A stretch of DNA of 63,989 nucleotides, the filler included, from Atractiella rhizophila (lineage: Eukaryota), in the NCBI GenBank assembly GCA_021432655.1. It is 5 parts of 5 records of this genome, joined end to end, with 100 filler letters (N's around TTAATTAATTAA, not from the genome) between each part and the next. Parts side by side here need not be neighbours in the genome. Positions count along the whole stretch, not along the records: positions 16,566 to 33,009 come from MU271902.1; positions 33,110 to 49,523 come from MU271903.1; 3 more parts are not named here. One strand, written 5' to 3'. A model generated the notes under the pieces. That model was not told the origin of the DNA and did not search any database. It saw only the letters and a list, made by a program, of their open reading frames with translations. Below are positions 25,449 through 36,610 of this stretch, one piece after another. Both the position numbers and the translations under genes were made by a program. Position 1 is the stretch's first letter. The number at the start of each line of letters is the position of its first letter.

Positions 25449-26173
25449 ATGGAGTTGACCGTTCTTTTAGCCACTCCCGGCTGCACGTTTGGGGAACGAC
25501 GGGAAGAACGATCCGCCAGCACACTCGAGGTTGACGTTCAACCGGAAGCCTCGAGTCTTAGACAAATCAGAGTAAGTCATTTACGGTGATAGAGAATGCA
25601 TTCAGCGGCATTTATTTGTGGTCAGAGTGGCCAGGGTTTCGATACCTCTTCAGCTTCCGCAGCTTCTCGCACATCATCCCCTCAATCCTCCTCAGAACAT
25701 CTGAACGTGTCAGTGCAGTCTTCAGCACCACCGACAGCATTCAAGGAGGTGAGGTTTTCGACACCCTTCATTCTTGATTTGGCTGATGAGGAGAATAGTG
25801 GTCCAATCTAGCTGCTCGAGTAGGAGTCTTGGAAAGAGAAAATGAGTTTATGCGAAGGGAAAACGAGTTTAGGCGAAGGGAAAACGAGTTTATGCGAAGG
25901 GAAAACGAGTCCATGCGAAGGGAAAACGAGTCCATGCGACAGGCAAACGAGTCCCTCGACAAGCTATGTCATATCCAGAACAACAAAATCGCCGTCCTTG
26001 AAGCGCAAGGCAAGGCCCAAATGCTTCAAATAAGCAAATTGGACCAGCAATTGGCAATTCTGTTGGCAGATCGGGATGAGCACAAGAAGCGAATCGAGAC
26101 GGTGGAGAATGACACGGTTCCCAAGGTCAAGAAGATTGTCGATTGGTTCAAGAGGAAGGGAGAAGGGTTGTGA
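25449..26173 (+). CDS. Small coiled-coil protein with internal heptad repeats
   Basis: ATG 25449 and two GT-AG introns join in frame to LERENEFMRRENEFRRRENEFMRRENESMRRENESMRQANESL...KRKGEGL*. Confidence 0.6.
25831..25956 (+). repeat. 21-bp coding tandem repeat x6 (gcgaagggaaaacgagt[tt/cc]a[t/g])
   Basis: Units are directly visible and encode RRENE(F/S)(M/R). Confidence 0.95.
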
Positions 26174-27184
26174 GATCCAATAATGGGCTGGACGCTGTTT
26201 TCGCAGTTTCTTTTCAGAATGTTTCCTTTGTCGAGTATGTTCTATTTTGCCGACATTCTTTATCGCACAGTAATATTGGGCTTCTCTTCTGAGATACATT
26301 CGCTCTTGTAACCCTTTTCCTGCCTATTCGCCTGTTCAAAATTACATAGCTTTCTTACTCCATGACCTCACACTTTGCAGGTAATGTGGTTTTTGTGTCT
26401 GAAATGTATTACGCTTCCTAACATCGTGCCTTCATTGAACCCCCCAAAAAGTTAGATGGGATTGAGCTCACAATGAAACTTTGGAAGATCGACGGTTAAT
26501 AAGCCCTTTTGCCTCCAAAACTTCTTTCATTTTAGGTTTCTGTGTCTAAAAATCAGGCCGAGAGCCATGAGTTTTACGACACACTCAGCATTTCATCTCA
26601 GCAAACTCTGAGCTTTCGATCCTTTACAGTAGTCGACGTAATTGGAATTTGAATTTAGACAGGCAATAGAAATTCACTTAACCATATAACTAAATGCTCG
26701 GGGTAATAAGGAGAACTAAGTCCAACGATTAATGATTAATAGATTGGGAATAGCGAATGTAGGAGGTACCCGTGATGTAGTATGTGGTTTCGGGAAAGCG
26801 AGCAAGAGAACGAGTTCAAGAAGACGAATAGAAGCAATAACAATGTTTGTCACAGTAGCAAAGTAAATTCACTGTGGAGAGTGTGAGCCATCATGCCAGT
26901 TTCCCAGAGTAGAAAGACGAACACGAAAGATGGTCGGGTTGTTCTGGCAGGTCTGTTGGAGATCAATGATACTACTGTCTTGCGTTCCGGATGCCGTCCC
27001 TTGAGATTGATAACCATTTACTAGACATCCGAATCTTTCGTGCGACCTACACATATTAACCAATGGGACGAAGGTAGGTAGGATTCTGAGTCCGGTCATG
27101 CAGTGGAGTAACTATTAAAATGCAATGCATGATAGATATCTACTTGGAATGCAAAACAATGCGACGGTGCAATTTTTTGCAACA

Positions 27185-29496
27185 TTAACGCTCCGTATTG
27201 ATGTCATCTTTCCTTTCCCCGGCGCTTGCCGCCTCTTCAACAATCTTTTGCATCCATTTCTCTCAGTTCCGCAGAATGGTCAAGTCAGAAACATACCTCG
27301 GCCAATTTCCCGACGTCCAAGTCTCCAGCTAAATCGATCTCTTCTCTCGGATTCCACCAGTCTAGGAGAAGGAAACACCACCATTGAACGATGAGGATGA
27401 TGCATAGGACTTTTCCGAAATACACCCCACATGCATGATACCTATCCACCCATACGCCATTTATTTATCAATCCATCCCATCCAACGAGCCGAAGGGAAA
27501 TAAAAGAAATTGGAAGGCGAAGGGACGAACCTCTTCAACCTCTCCTCGACCTCGACATCATCCATCGCCCACGCATCCTCGTACACCTTCTCCGTCCTCC
27601 TCGCCACTTCGTCCCAATCATACATTCCCCTCACCCTCTCATGGCTCTTCCACGGCACATGTTTTCCCTCCCTCACGCGCCGCACAGCCTGCACCACACA
27701 ACGAACTACGTCTGCCTCCGCACCACACCACACCGAAAAACGCATAAGGATTTGGTGAACTGACGACGAAGCGACAAAGAGGAGGGAATGGAATACGGAC
27801 CATCTACGTCCACCTCGCACCACGTCGCCATCGTCCCATCGTCAGGGAGGACTTCAGGCACGCCTCCCACTCGGGTAGCGACGACATAGAGGCCGCAGGA
27901 GGCGGCTTCGAGGATTCCTATCCCAAAAGCCTCCGTGAGGGAGGTCTGGAGGTAAATTTGGCCCTTGATCAACGTCTGTCCCGTCCATCGCACTCAGCGA
28001 ACACTTGATATGTTGCGAGGGGAGGGGAAGGCACCTCTCGAACGTCTGAGTGCCGTAGAGCTCCAACGAGCTGCACCCGCCCGTCCAGCACCGACTGATA
28101 TTTTTCGCGCATCTGTTCGAGCTCGATCGTCTTCGGTCCCTCTCCGGCTACCTCCAGCAGTAAGCAGATGAACACATCTTCTGAAAGGCGGAGGATGAGG
28201 GAGGAGGGACGAACCGATCAGGAACTTGATTTTGGGGTCGAGAGTGCAGAGTTTGGGGATGGCGGAGATGAGGAGGTCGATTCCTTTCCTGTACACGAGA
28301 CGGGAGAGGAGCACGATAGTGACTGTATCCCATCCAGCGAGTCTCTCAGTATCCCATGTGCCTGCCATTACTCTTACAAGCAAGGGGAGAAAGGAAGAAA
28401 GGAAAGTGTACGCACTCCATCCGTCCGTAGGCGGGAACATCTCTTCGCATCGCCCATGCGGACGAAACTGGTCAGAAACGAGAGCGTTCGGGATGACGGA
28501 TACGTTTTCGGGTTTGAGACCAGCTCGTAATACCAAGTTTTCTTTCCTTCCTCAATCCATCAGCATCTTCCTCTCAGGGAATAACGAAACAACAAAAGAA
28601 CGCGAGAGAAAGAGACAGGAAGCCTGACGCACCCAGTGTGGGAAACAGCTATACAAGCGTCCGTATCCGCCAACACCCCTTCTAGCACTTTATTCCCAAA
28701 CATGGCTCCGACCGCACCGAAGGCGAACAAAGAGTGGTCAGTGAAGACGGTGCGTATTCGTATGCCTTCGTCTCCGACCTCCTCCTTCGAACTCTTCTTG
28801 GAGGCTTGCTTGAAAGGAGGAGAAGAGGAAGGACGAGAGAGCGCGCAGAGGGTGCGGACGTGCATGAGCGCCTCGAGACCGAGAGAGGTGAGCGCGCCTT
28901 GGGTGTGTACGATTTGGGGACGCTCGCGGAGGAGGATGTTGCGGATAAGGGGCTGATTGCGGTCCAGCTTTAGTTGTGGTTTTATTCAAGGAGAGAAGGA
29001 ACGAACGAGACAAGCGAAGTATTGCGGGAGGGTGGCATGCGCAGATACTGGCGGAATCCTATTATCTATCAGCCTCTGGTGTTCATCACAATTCAGAATC
29101 CGTAAGATGAAAAGCATACGGTTGCAATGGAATGTAGTACACCCTCAAACCGCCAGACAACCACCTGACACCCGCTCTCGGTGCCTGGTCTCTTGGATGC
29201 GAATGTTTTGAAGCTGAAGCGCTAGCAGGTGGAGGATAGAGGTGTGAGATGACCACGACACTCCATCCGCGCGCAAGAAGGCGTTGTGAGAGCATGTACA
29301 CATGCGATTCGACTCCGCCTGTTCTTGAGGGTATCATTTAGTGGTTCAAAAGGCAAGGGATGAGAAACTTGCCAATCTTGGGATAGAAGAAGTCAGTGAC
29401 GAGCGCGACTGCGTGGAAATGGTGAGCACTCGAGCAGCATGTCGAGGAGGACGCGCCTTTTCGCGGGCGAGACGCGCGCCGCTTTATCTCTGTCAT
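27185..29496 (-). CDS. SPT14: GPI-GlcNAc transferase catalytic subunit (PIG-A/GPI3/SPT14)
   Basis: [84 protein letters not shown], then a C-terminal TM segment followed by PREEIDLA. Confidence 0.95.
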
Positions 29497-30539
29497 TTCG
29501 CTCAACTCTGCCTCTGCTGGTCTGCTGAGCTAATTCCAAGACCTCACACTGCTGGGACTGGCTAAGTTCTGTTTGGTTACGTAGGCAAGTAACTACGGCT
29601 GTAGTGTCAGGAAGCGGTGAGCTTGTCAAAATGCAGTATTGTCCAATTCTGGAAGCGGCGTTTGCCTGTCTTGGAAAGGCTCAACCGCAACCTAGTCCAC
29701 CAGTTCCATGCGTGCCTACCTCTCCATTTGGCTCTAGGGCTTAGAATTGACAGCAGTAGAAGGAACAGGAGGCTGCATATTATTTCAGCCAGTATCTAGA
29801 GGCTGACAGGCTAGATCCGCCAATCCTAGGTGAGCATTCCTTGATCCTGTCCTCTCTCAATCCTCAATATTTCTATTTACGTTTGTGCTGCGAGTCTCTC
29901 ACTACCTTTTGCAATTTGTCTCCGCTCCTCAAACCTATAAAGTGGCCTTCCCTCTTCAATCGGAAATTCATCTTATTCCTCACCATCTTACTTCGCTCTC
30001 ACAGTAGAAAGGCCTCATAAGAATCGAGGTAAATTCCACCGGCCTTAGAGGCGTCTCTGTAAGAAGTGCTCTCTGAGTTCTGAGGCCAAATAGCTTGATA
30101 AGCAGCCCCACACTTCAGTGCGACTGGCATAAGCTTGTTCCTTCTCTCTCTTTCGTTCAAGTTCTCAATAATTGATTGAGCATTTTAATTCTCGCTCTAG
30201 TTGAGCTAAGGGAACCCGCTTTTGTAGTAGAGTCTCACACAATACGGATAGCGAAGCTACTTGAAACCCGCCAACTTTGAAAGCCGAACAACCAAATAAA
30301 CCTCAACGTTTCGTCTCAAGTTGTTGCCTTAAAATTAAATGATGCATATGATGTTTTCTAAGAAGGTTAACCTGCCAGTTCCAGGACAATATGTCGTAGT
30401 AAGCTTTCATCTCGATCCATTTTGTACTTTCCAACAGCATATCATCAGCGTCACAATTTACACAGATTACGAGACATATGATATATAACAGATTACCTCT
30501 TCTGCAACATGACTCCAGGTTGCAGATTTGTTCAAGTTT

Positions 30540-30945
30540 GACAAGTTGCAGCTATCCCAAAGATACATTTACTTCATAGCTCTTTCCGTCTTGATGACTC
30601 CTTACTTCCCGACCTGTGCTCCGTCGCCTGTGACTCTCCATCGTCGCATCCTCAGATTTTCTTTCTTACGCAGCCTCTGTGATTGAGCCCAAGGGCTTTC
30701 ATGCCTAACAGGACACAAAATGTAACAGCCATGCACAGCTCATTCGCCTTCACAGACGCCGATTCGATGCATGTTAGAGCTGGAATCTGCATCACAAGAT
30801 TGATTTTGTGGGTCAGCGAGGTGAATGTAGTCCGTTCCGTACCATTTAGTGTAAATGAGGACCTGCGGCATGATAAATTTGAGACTCTTTTTGCCTGGGA
30901 CATCCATATGTCAAAGGCCCTGGTAGACTCTCAATCTGTCATCTG
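30540..30945 (-). pseudogene. Paralogue of the degenerate nuclease-fold-like gene at 16900-19210
   Basis: Minus strand reads LRVYQGL*HMDVPG...PQVLIYTKWYGTDYIHL, then frameshifts to NLVMQI...LCMAVTFC. Shares gtccgttcc.taccattt and gtagactctcaa with 17885-17990. Confidence 0.6.
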
Positions 30946-31166
30946 ACGTTTACCCAAAAAACGGAGCCTTCACGAAGCATGAGTTGAAGGATTTGACGAT
31001 GTCGTTCTCTCTCTCGGCTGCACTTGTTTGAAACAAGGCATACAGGACTGCCATTGTTGTCCTTTCTACTCTGTATCCATAAAACCTCATACGGATGATG
31101 ATTCTTCGCATAGCTATCTACCATCATTGAACTTATACAATATTTCCTCAGGAAGTCGAGCGGACC

Positions 31167-33009
31167 ATGCGTAATCTGCGCCTTCAAGGATTTCTCAAAC
31201 CAGATCCTTCGGTGGAGCAGATGAGGTCGCCTGCATTCCATATCAATTCGGCATTGCCCCCTTCCGACGCAAGAGATCAATCTCTCTTACGTCTGTGGTA
31301 TAGGGTCAAAAGCGAAGACTTCAACCTTCCTTCCCGAGACACTGGCAGATTTTTCGACGTCGCTTACAAGGATCACCTCAAGGGTGAACTCGAAGCATTG
31401 CGACACTTCGATTTCGCGCCATTTCATGACCAAATCACAGTAACAGGCTTGGCGTTAGTCTCGTTACTGTTGCTGCCTCTAAATCACTGTTGAGCTTTGA
31501 TTTGGGGCAGTACTGCTTCGGACCAAGGGGCCGCATTCATCGACGACCTACGTCATCTTCTCCCATACATTCACCCTTCTCAGTGTCTAGGGCCAGTTCA
31601 AATCCAGATTGACAGATCACCAGCTTCTGCACCATCTGCTCCTGCGTTGCAGGTTGTACGCATACTTCGTGAAGATAGATGTATGATGACAATCGTGCTT
31701 CTGGTGAGCTCATTTTGCCCGGAGAGTTAGGCAGCTGATCCCGTCATTGCAGCCTCATGGAGTACTTTGCGAGCAGGATTGGGCAGAGTTTAACAAGACA
31801 GATTTCGACGACTTGGGCAACACAGTTTCAGGACAATACCTAAGTGTTCTCGCAGATATCATGGCTTCCGAGCCATTGGAATCGACGGCTGTTCTTTGCG
31901 ACATGCACTCATCCGTTACACTCCGACTGAACTACACGATACGTTATGCGTTTCATTTGCAGGAGCCTTATCTGCCTCTCATGGCCTTGCTTTGTGAGCT
32001 TTTTACCAAAAATTCATGTCTCGGGCAGTACTCCTGCCGCACTGGACTGCCTCTTTTCCCGCACTTAGCTGTTTCGGGATGTCGAAGAGATCCTTCGGCT
32101 GGGCTACAAACTGATTTGACGGCCATCTCCAAATCATCCGAATTTGATTTATTTGACGTTCAGGCTGCCGGCTATACTTTCCAACAAGCCATTATATCAT
32201 GGCATCACGCTCGCTTGCAGGAAGGGAAGTTGTGGCTTGATGATTTGCGATTACCTGGAGAGGAGCTGCCAGTTGTGTCTATTCTCAAGGCAACGGAGTC
32301 CACGTCCACTAGCCCTACACTGATTCTCAGCACCACTGATCCTCATGTGCTTTTCCGACAGAACATCATGCTTCACGCCATGTCGAAGCAACGATAATCC
32401 CTGCCAGCCATTGATCTCAAAATCGGCGAATCTATACAGCTTCTTCGTTCGCTCAGGTCTGGGCCACAACTGTGGGGACAGGTTTACGAAGTGACAATCC
32501 CTGGCAGAGAACTCAGCGGTACTCGTCTTGTCCTGAAGATTTATGAGGAGCGATTGTACCCATTTCCAGCCTGGAACGGAGCCGGGGAGGAAGCTTCTAA
32601 ACGCATTCGTCGTTGGCCTGACGCGCAGGATTGCTTGATACGGGAGCAATCTGCTTATACCTCTTTGCAACTGCTTCAAGGGTCAGCTATCCCAAGGTCT
32701 TATGGTTTCTACGAGGTGAGTTTAGTGGGTTGCCTCGCATCGGAACTGAAGAGCGACCAGGTCCGGCTGTCGGATGGAACGGTGGCACCAGCACACCTGC
32801 TAGAGTTTGTGGAAGGTCCTCATATAGACAAGGCAGGTCTGAAATCACTTTCAGCCGAAGATCAGCGGGCATTTGTGAGTATTTTTATTCGTAGTTGTCG
32901 CTCGCTGATTTTGTTAGTACATCAACGCGATGACGATGATTGGTGCCGTGTTGCTGCTAGGCGTGAATCACACCGACATTGACCAGCGACCAGATCAAAT
33001 CATCTGCCA
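31167..33009 (+). pseudogene. Kinase-like gene copy 2, premature stop, 3' truncated by contig end
   Basis: Paralogous to 19369-21499 with the same intron positions; TAA at 32395-32397 where copy 1 has TCT. Confidence 0.75.
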
Positions 33010-33109
33010 NNNNNNNNNNNNNNNNNNNNNNNNNNNNNNNNNNNNNNNNNNNNTTAATTAATTAANNNNNNNNNNNNNNNNNNNNNNNNNNNNNNNNNNN
33101 NNNNNNNNN
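33010..33109. other. Artificial contig-joining spacer
   Basis: 44N-TTAATTAATTAA-44N. Confidence 0.98.
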
Positions 33110-35795
33110 TCCTCTAGCCGCATTTCTTCTTCAATCACTACCCAATCCGACTCATCCAAATCCTCCCCATTCTCGATCTTTTTTCGGACTCTGTATCTGG
33201 GATCCAACGGTTCTGGTAAGACTAGAATCTTTGGCCGAAGGCTCTCTTTGAACCGTGGACGATCTTCGATTTCTCTTTGCATTTCCTCCAGATGTTTGGG
33301 GTCCAGGCGTGAAGAATAAGAAAGACGTTTCATGTCCGGAGTCATATTATCACGTTCTGGGTCGTCTTCGAGATTAGCTCGAAGGGAGGCACGGCTGACT
33401 GGCCGTGGAGCCATGGATGGAGGGAGAGCAGCTTCTTCGGCAGTCAGAGGTTCGATATCTGATTTTGTTCGTTTGCGAGAACCTGATGAAAGATCTCGGA
33501 GCATGACAGACGAAGAGAAGGAATGCACAGGCTTATGCACGGATCTTGATGCCAGGAACGATGGGGTTGTACCAGCATTCAACATCGACATAGCATTCAT
33601 TGAGACCGCGCGATTTCTGTCGTGATCTTTCCGCTCCTTTTTGAGATCTGCAAACCAATCATGATTCTCTTCTGCCGCTGGTTGGCCCAAAGGAAAGGTC
33701 AAAAAGCTGGTTGTGAGCGGCCCAGCTGATGCAGCGATCTTCCGATCAAAATTGTCGAGAGCCACAGATTTAGGCCGTCCACGATTTAGGACACTACCCG
33801 TTCCCGCTGAGGGAGATACGACGCCAGTTGAGGAGGTCCTTGCTCTTGCGGGGACCGAGACAAAAAGGTCATCAAGAGCCACAGATTTTGGACGACCGCG
33901 TGAGAGCAAGCTCGCACGGTTGTCCTCTGGCTGGGTGGAAACACTCCCCAGAGGAACTGAAAGGGAATGGGAAACTTCGTTGAAAACTGATCGAGGTCGT
34001 GGACGATCCAAAACGCTCGCGCTCCCAAGACTCCTACTCCGCGCTCTTCTGAGCGAAGGGCTCTCAGTCTCCTTCAGCGGGGTAGTAGCGATCTCTCCTT
34101 TCAATGCCGCGATTTTAGCTTTGATCCTATCGAGTTCGGTGAAACCATCCCCCTCCTCCCTCCTCAGAACCTCGATCTCTTCGGATACTTCAAAAGAACT
34201 CTTTGGACGACCTCGGTTAAGAACGCTGCTTCTCTCCTTGTCGGGACTCGACTCTCTCTTTCGGAACGCTGCCAACTCTTCCATAACCTCCCTCCTGCCT
34301 GTGTCCAGAGAAACGGCACGGTGATGCTCTTCCTCCCCTCCAGCTGTTCCAGGTTGCCCCTGTGGTCTTTCTCCCCTTCTATACCTCTCAAAATCGAGAG
34401 CTGAATATTTTTTCTCCTGCTCCTTCCTCTCCTGCTCCCTCGCCTTCCGCTTTGCCACAACTCCTTCGGCTTCTGAATCGGAGAAATCGAGACTCTTCAT
34501 ACTATGAATGCTTCGAGGACGTCGACGGATGGATTCGGGGACTATGCGAGGGGAGGCAGACTGAGGACGATCGGGAGGGGTAAGTTGCCCCGTTTCAGCC
34601 GCTTGTCCTCTGGACGAGGAGGGATTTCTAGGGAAGTTGAACGATTCAAAGCGTCTCCCGATCCGTGGGGGAGCTTTTAGCTCGTCGTCGATACTCTCGA
34701 AAGTCTCTCCAATCGTGAGCTGGGACGGACCTGCACTCATGCCCCTGTTCAGCACGTCAGGCAGACTTCGAGTCTCGAGCCTTTCTTCTTCGTCTTGCTG
34801 ATTCGAAGATCCAGCTTCAGCACTCTTCAGGAAATTCTGGAAATCAAATTCGCTCTTCGCTCTTCCACGTTCCTGGGCTCTCACTCCATGATGCTTAAAA
34901 AAAAAAAAAAACCCGTTTCGGCCGCTTGTCCTCTGGACGAGGAAGGATTTCTAGGGAAGTTGAACGATTCAAAGCGTCTCCCGATACGTGGGGGAGCTTT
35001 TAGCTCGTCGTCGATACTCTCGAAAGTCTCTCCAATCGTGAGCTGGGACGGACCTGCACTCATGCCCCTGTTCAGCACGTCAGGCAGACTTCGAGTCTCG
35101 AGCCTTTCTTCTTCGTCTTGCTGATTCGAAGATCCAGCTTCAGCACTCTTCAGGAAATTCTGGAAATCAAATTCGCTCTTCGCTCTTCCACGTTCCTGGG
35201 CTCTCACTCCATGATGCTTCGCCGTCTGACCACCGGAAAGGTTCTTCATGAACTCGTCAAGTCCGTAATCCTTCGCGAGCTCTTCTTCCTCCTGAGGTTC
35301 CTCGTTCACGATTCCTCCAGCTCCGCTGTTTTCAAAGAAAGCGGGTAAATCCAGCGTCCTGCTCCCCGGTGTTCCCGGGCCATCCATAGGAGGAAGATCG
35401 AGCACTTTACTACCTCCTCCGAACTTGAAGTCGCTAACCATACTATTAGGACGAAAAGTGCTAATCCTCTTGTCCCTCATCGCTACTTCAGCGTCTGGAC
35501 CAAAATAATCATCTTGCTTCTCTTCCACCTCCGTCGTCTTCTTCTTTAAGAATGGAGATAATATGGCGGATTCGGCTGCTCGCTTCCTGCTACCAGGAGG
35601 TCGCGCAGCATCCGGTTCGTCGTCATCTTCGTCGTATTCGATCAGCGCGGCGGCTAGCTGGATGCGGGAAAAGAGAGGAGCGGAGGGAGGTGGAGGCTTT
35701 ACAGGAGGAGGGGAGGGTAGTGGTGGTGCCTTCGTGTTGGGAGACGGAGCAGCAACATTGGATTTAGAGGACTGCGAGCGCTTGAATAGAGGCAT
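33110..35795 (-). CDS. Large, likely disordered Ser/Arg/Glu-rich hypothetical protein, 3' truncated and split by an artifactual duplication
   Basis: ORFs 34881-35804 and 33058-34884 share about 100 identical residues; removing one copy of the duplication gives a single frame. Confidence 0.75.
34589..35219. repeat. 308-bp direct duplication separated by A15
   Basis: 34589-34896 matches 34912-35219 apart from a few SNPs; A-run at 34897-34911. Confidence 0.95.
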
Positions 35796-36371
35796 GACTG
35801 GCACCTATGCTTCTAAGTTGATAAATCAGCTGCTTTGTAGGAACTCGATATCATGAGCTTTGCGTCCATCATCCATGCATTTGCGTTGGTTACAGCATGC
35901 TTGCTTGCTGCACTGTGGAGCAATGAAGCAGAAACTGCAAGGTAAGCATACCACGGCTCGTTATGTGGCATATGATGGCCTTTAAACGTCAATCGACTAA
36001 GCTCTCTAGCTCCGACTGTGGTATGGTGTTGCATGCAAAGTACTTGTTACATTAGCTTGCTCCTGCACCAAGCTGGCCGATATTTGTACAAACGTACCAC
36101 TTGGAGATGTCTCCTCAAATGTTCATCTGGATCTCATTGAGGGAGAGCACTCTGGGCAACCACGAAACGAACACGAACAGCAGCTATCTCCCCAATACTG
36201 AATACTGAGATTCAACTAAACGTACCTTGCCTTAGAACCTAGAACAGACTCAAATGGACCTCAAATACTGAATATATCCTCACGAAATAAACCTCGGTAA
36301 CCTGTTCCTCCTTGCTAATGCACAACTGTACATCCCAAAATGGCGCAGCGGTCGGAAGTGCTGGACCATCC

Positions 36372-36575
36372 CTTCCCGATATGAAAAGACATTGATTTCA
36401 CATTGGCACTTTAGCCGACTTCAGCGCTTCAGCTTTGTAATGTACATGATTGCCTAATGTAGTCATGGGCCAACTTCCCGATATGAAAAGACATTGATTT
36501 CACATTGGCACTTTAGCCGACTTCAGCGCTTCAGCTTTGTAATGTACATGATTGCCTAATGTAGTCATGGGCCAA
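36372..36575. repeat. Exact 102-bp tandem duplication (intergenic)
   Basis: cttcccgatatgaaaag...gtcatgggccaa occurs twice. Confidence 0.95.
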
Positions 36576-36610
36576 ACTGGCCATATGTGAACACCATGAA
36601 TATGAATTTA

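Noticed and set aside
25831..25956. CRISPR-like repeat array
   Set aside because: Contiguous in-frame units without spacers, in a eukaryotic gene.
34897..34911. Poly(A) tail of a retroposed element
   Set aside because: No element body is present, and the flanking 308-bp duplicates carry allele-like SNPs.
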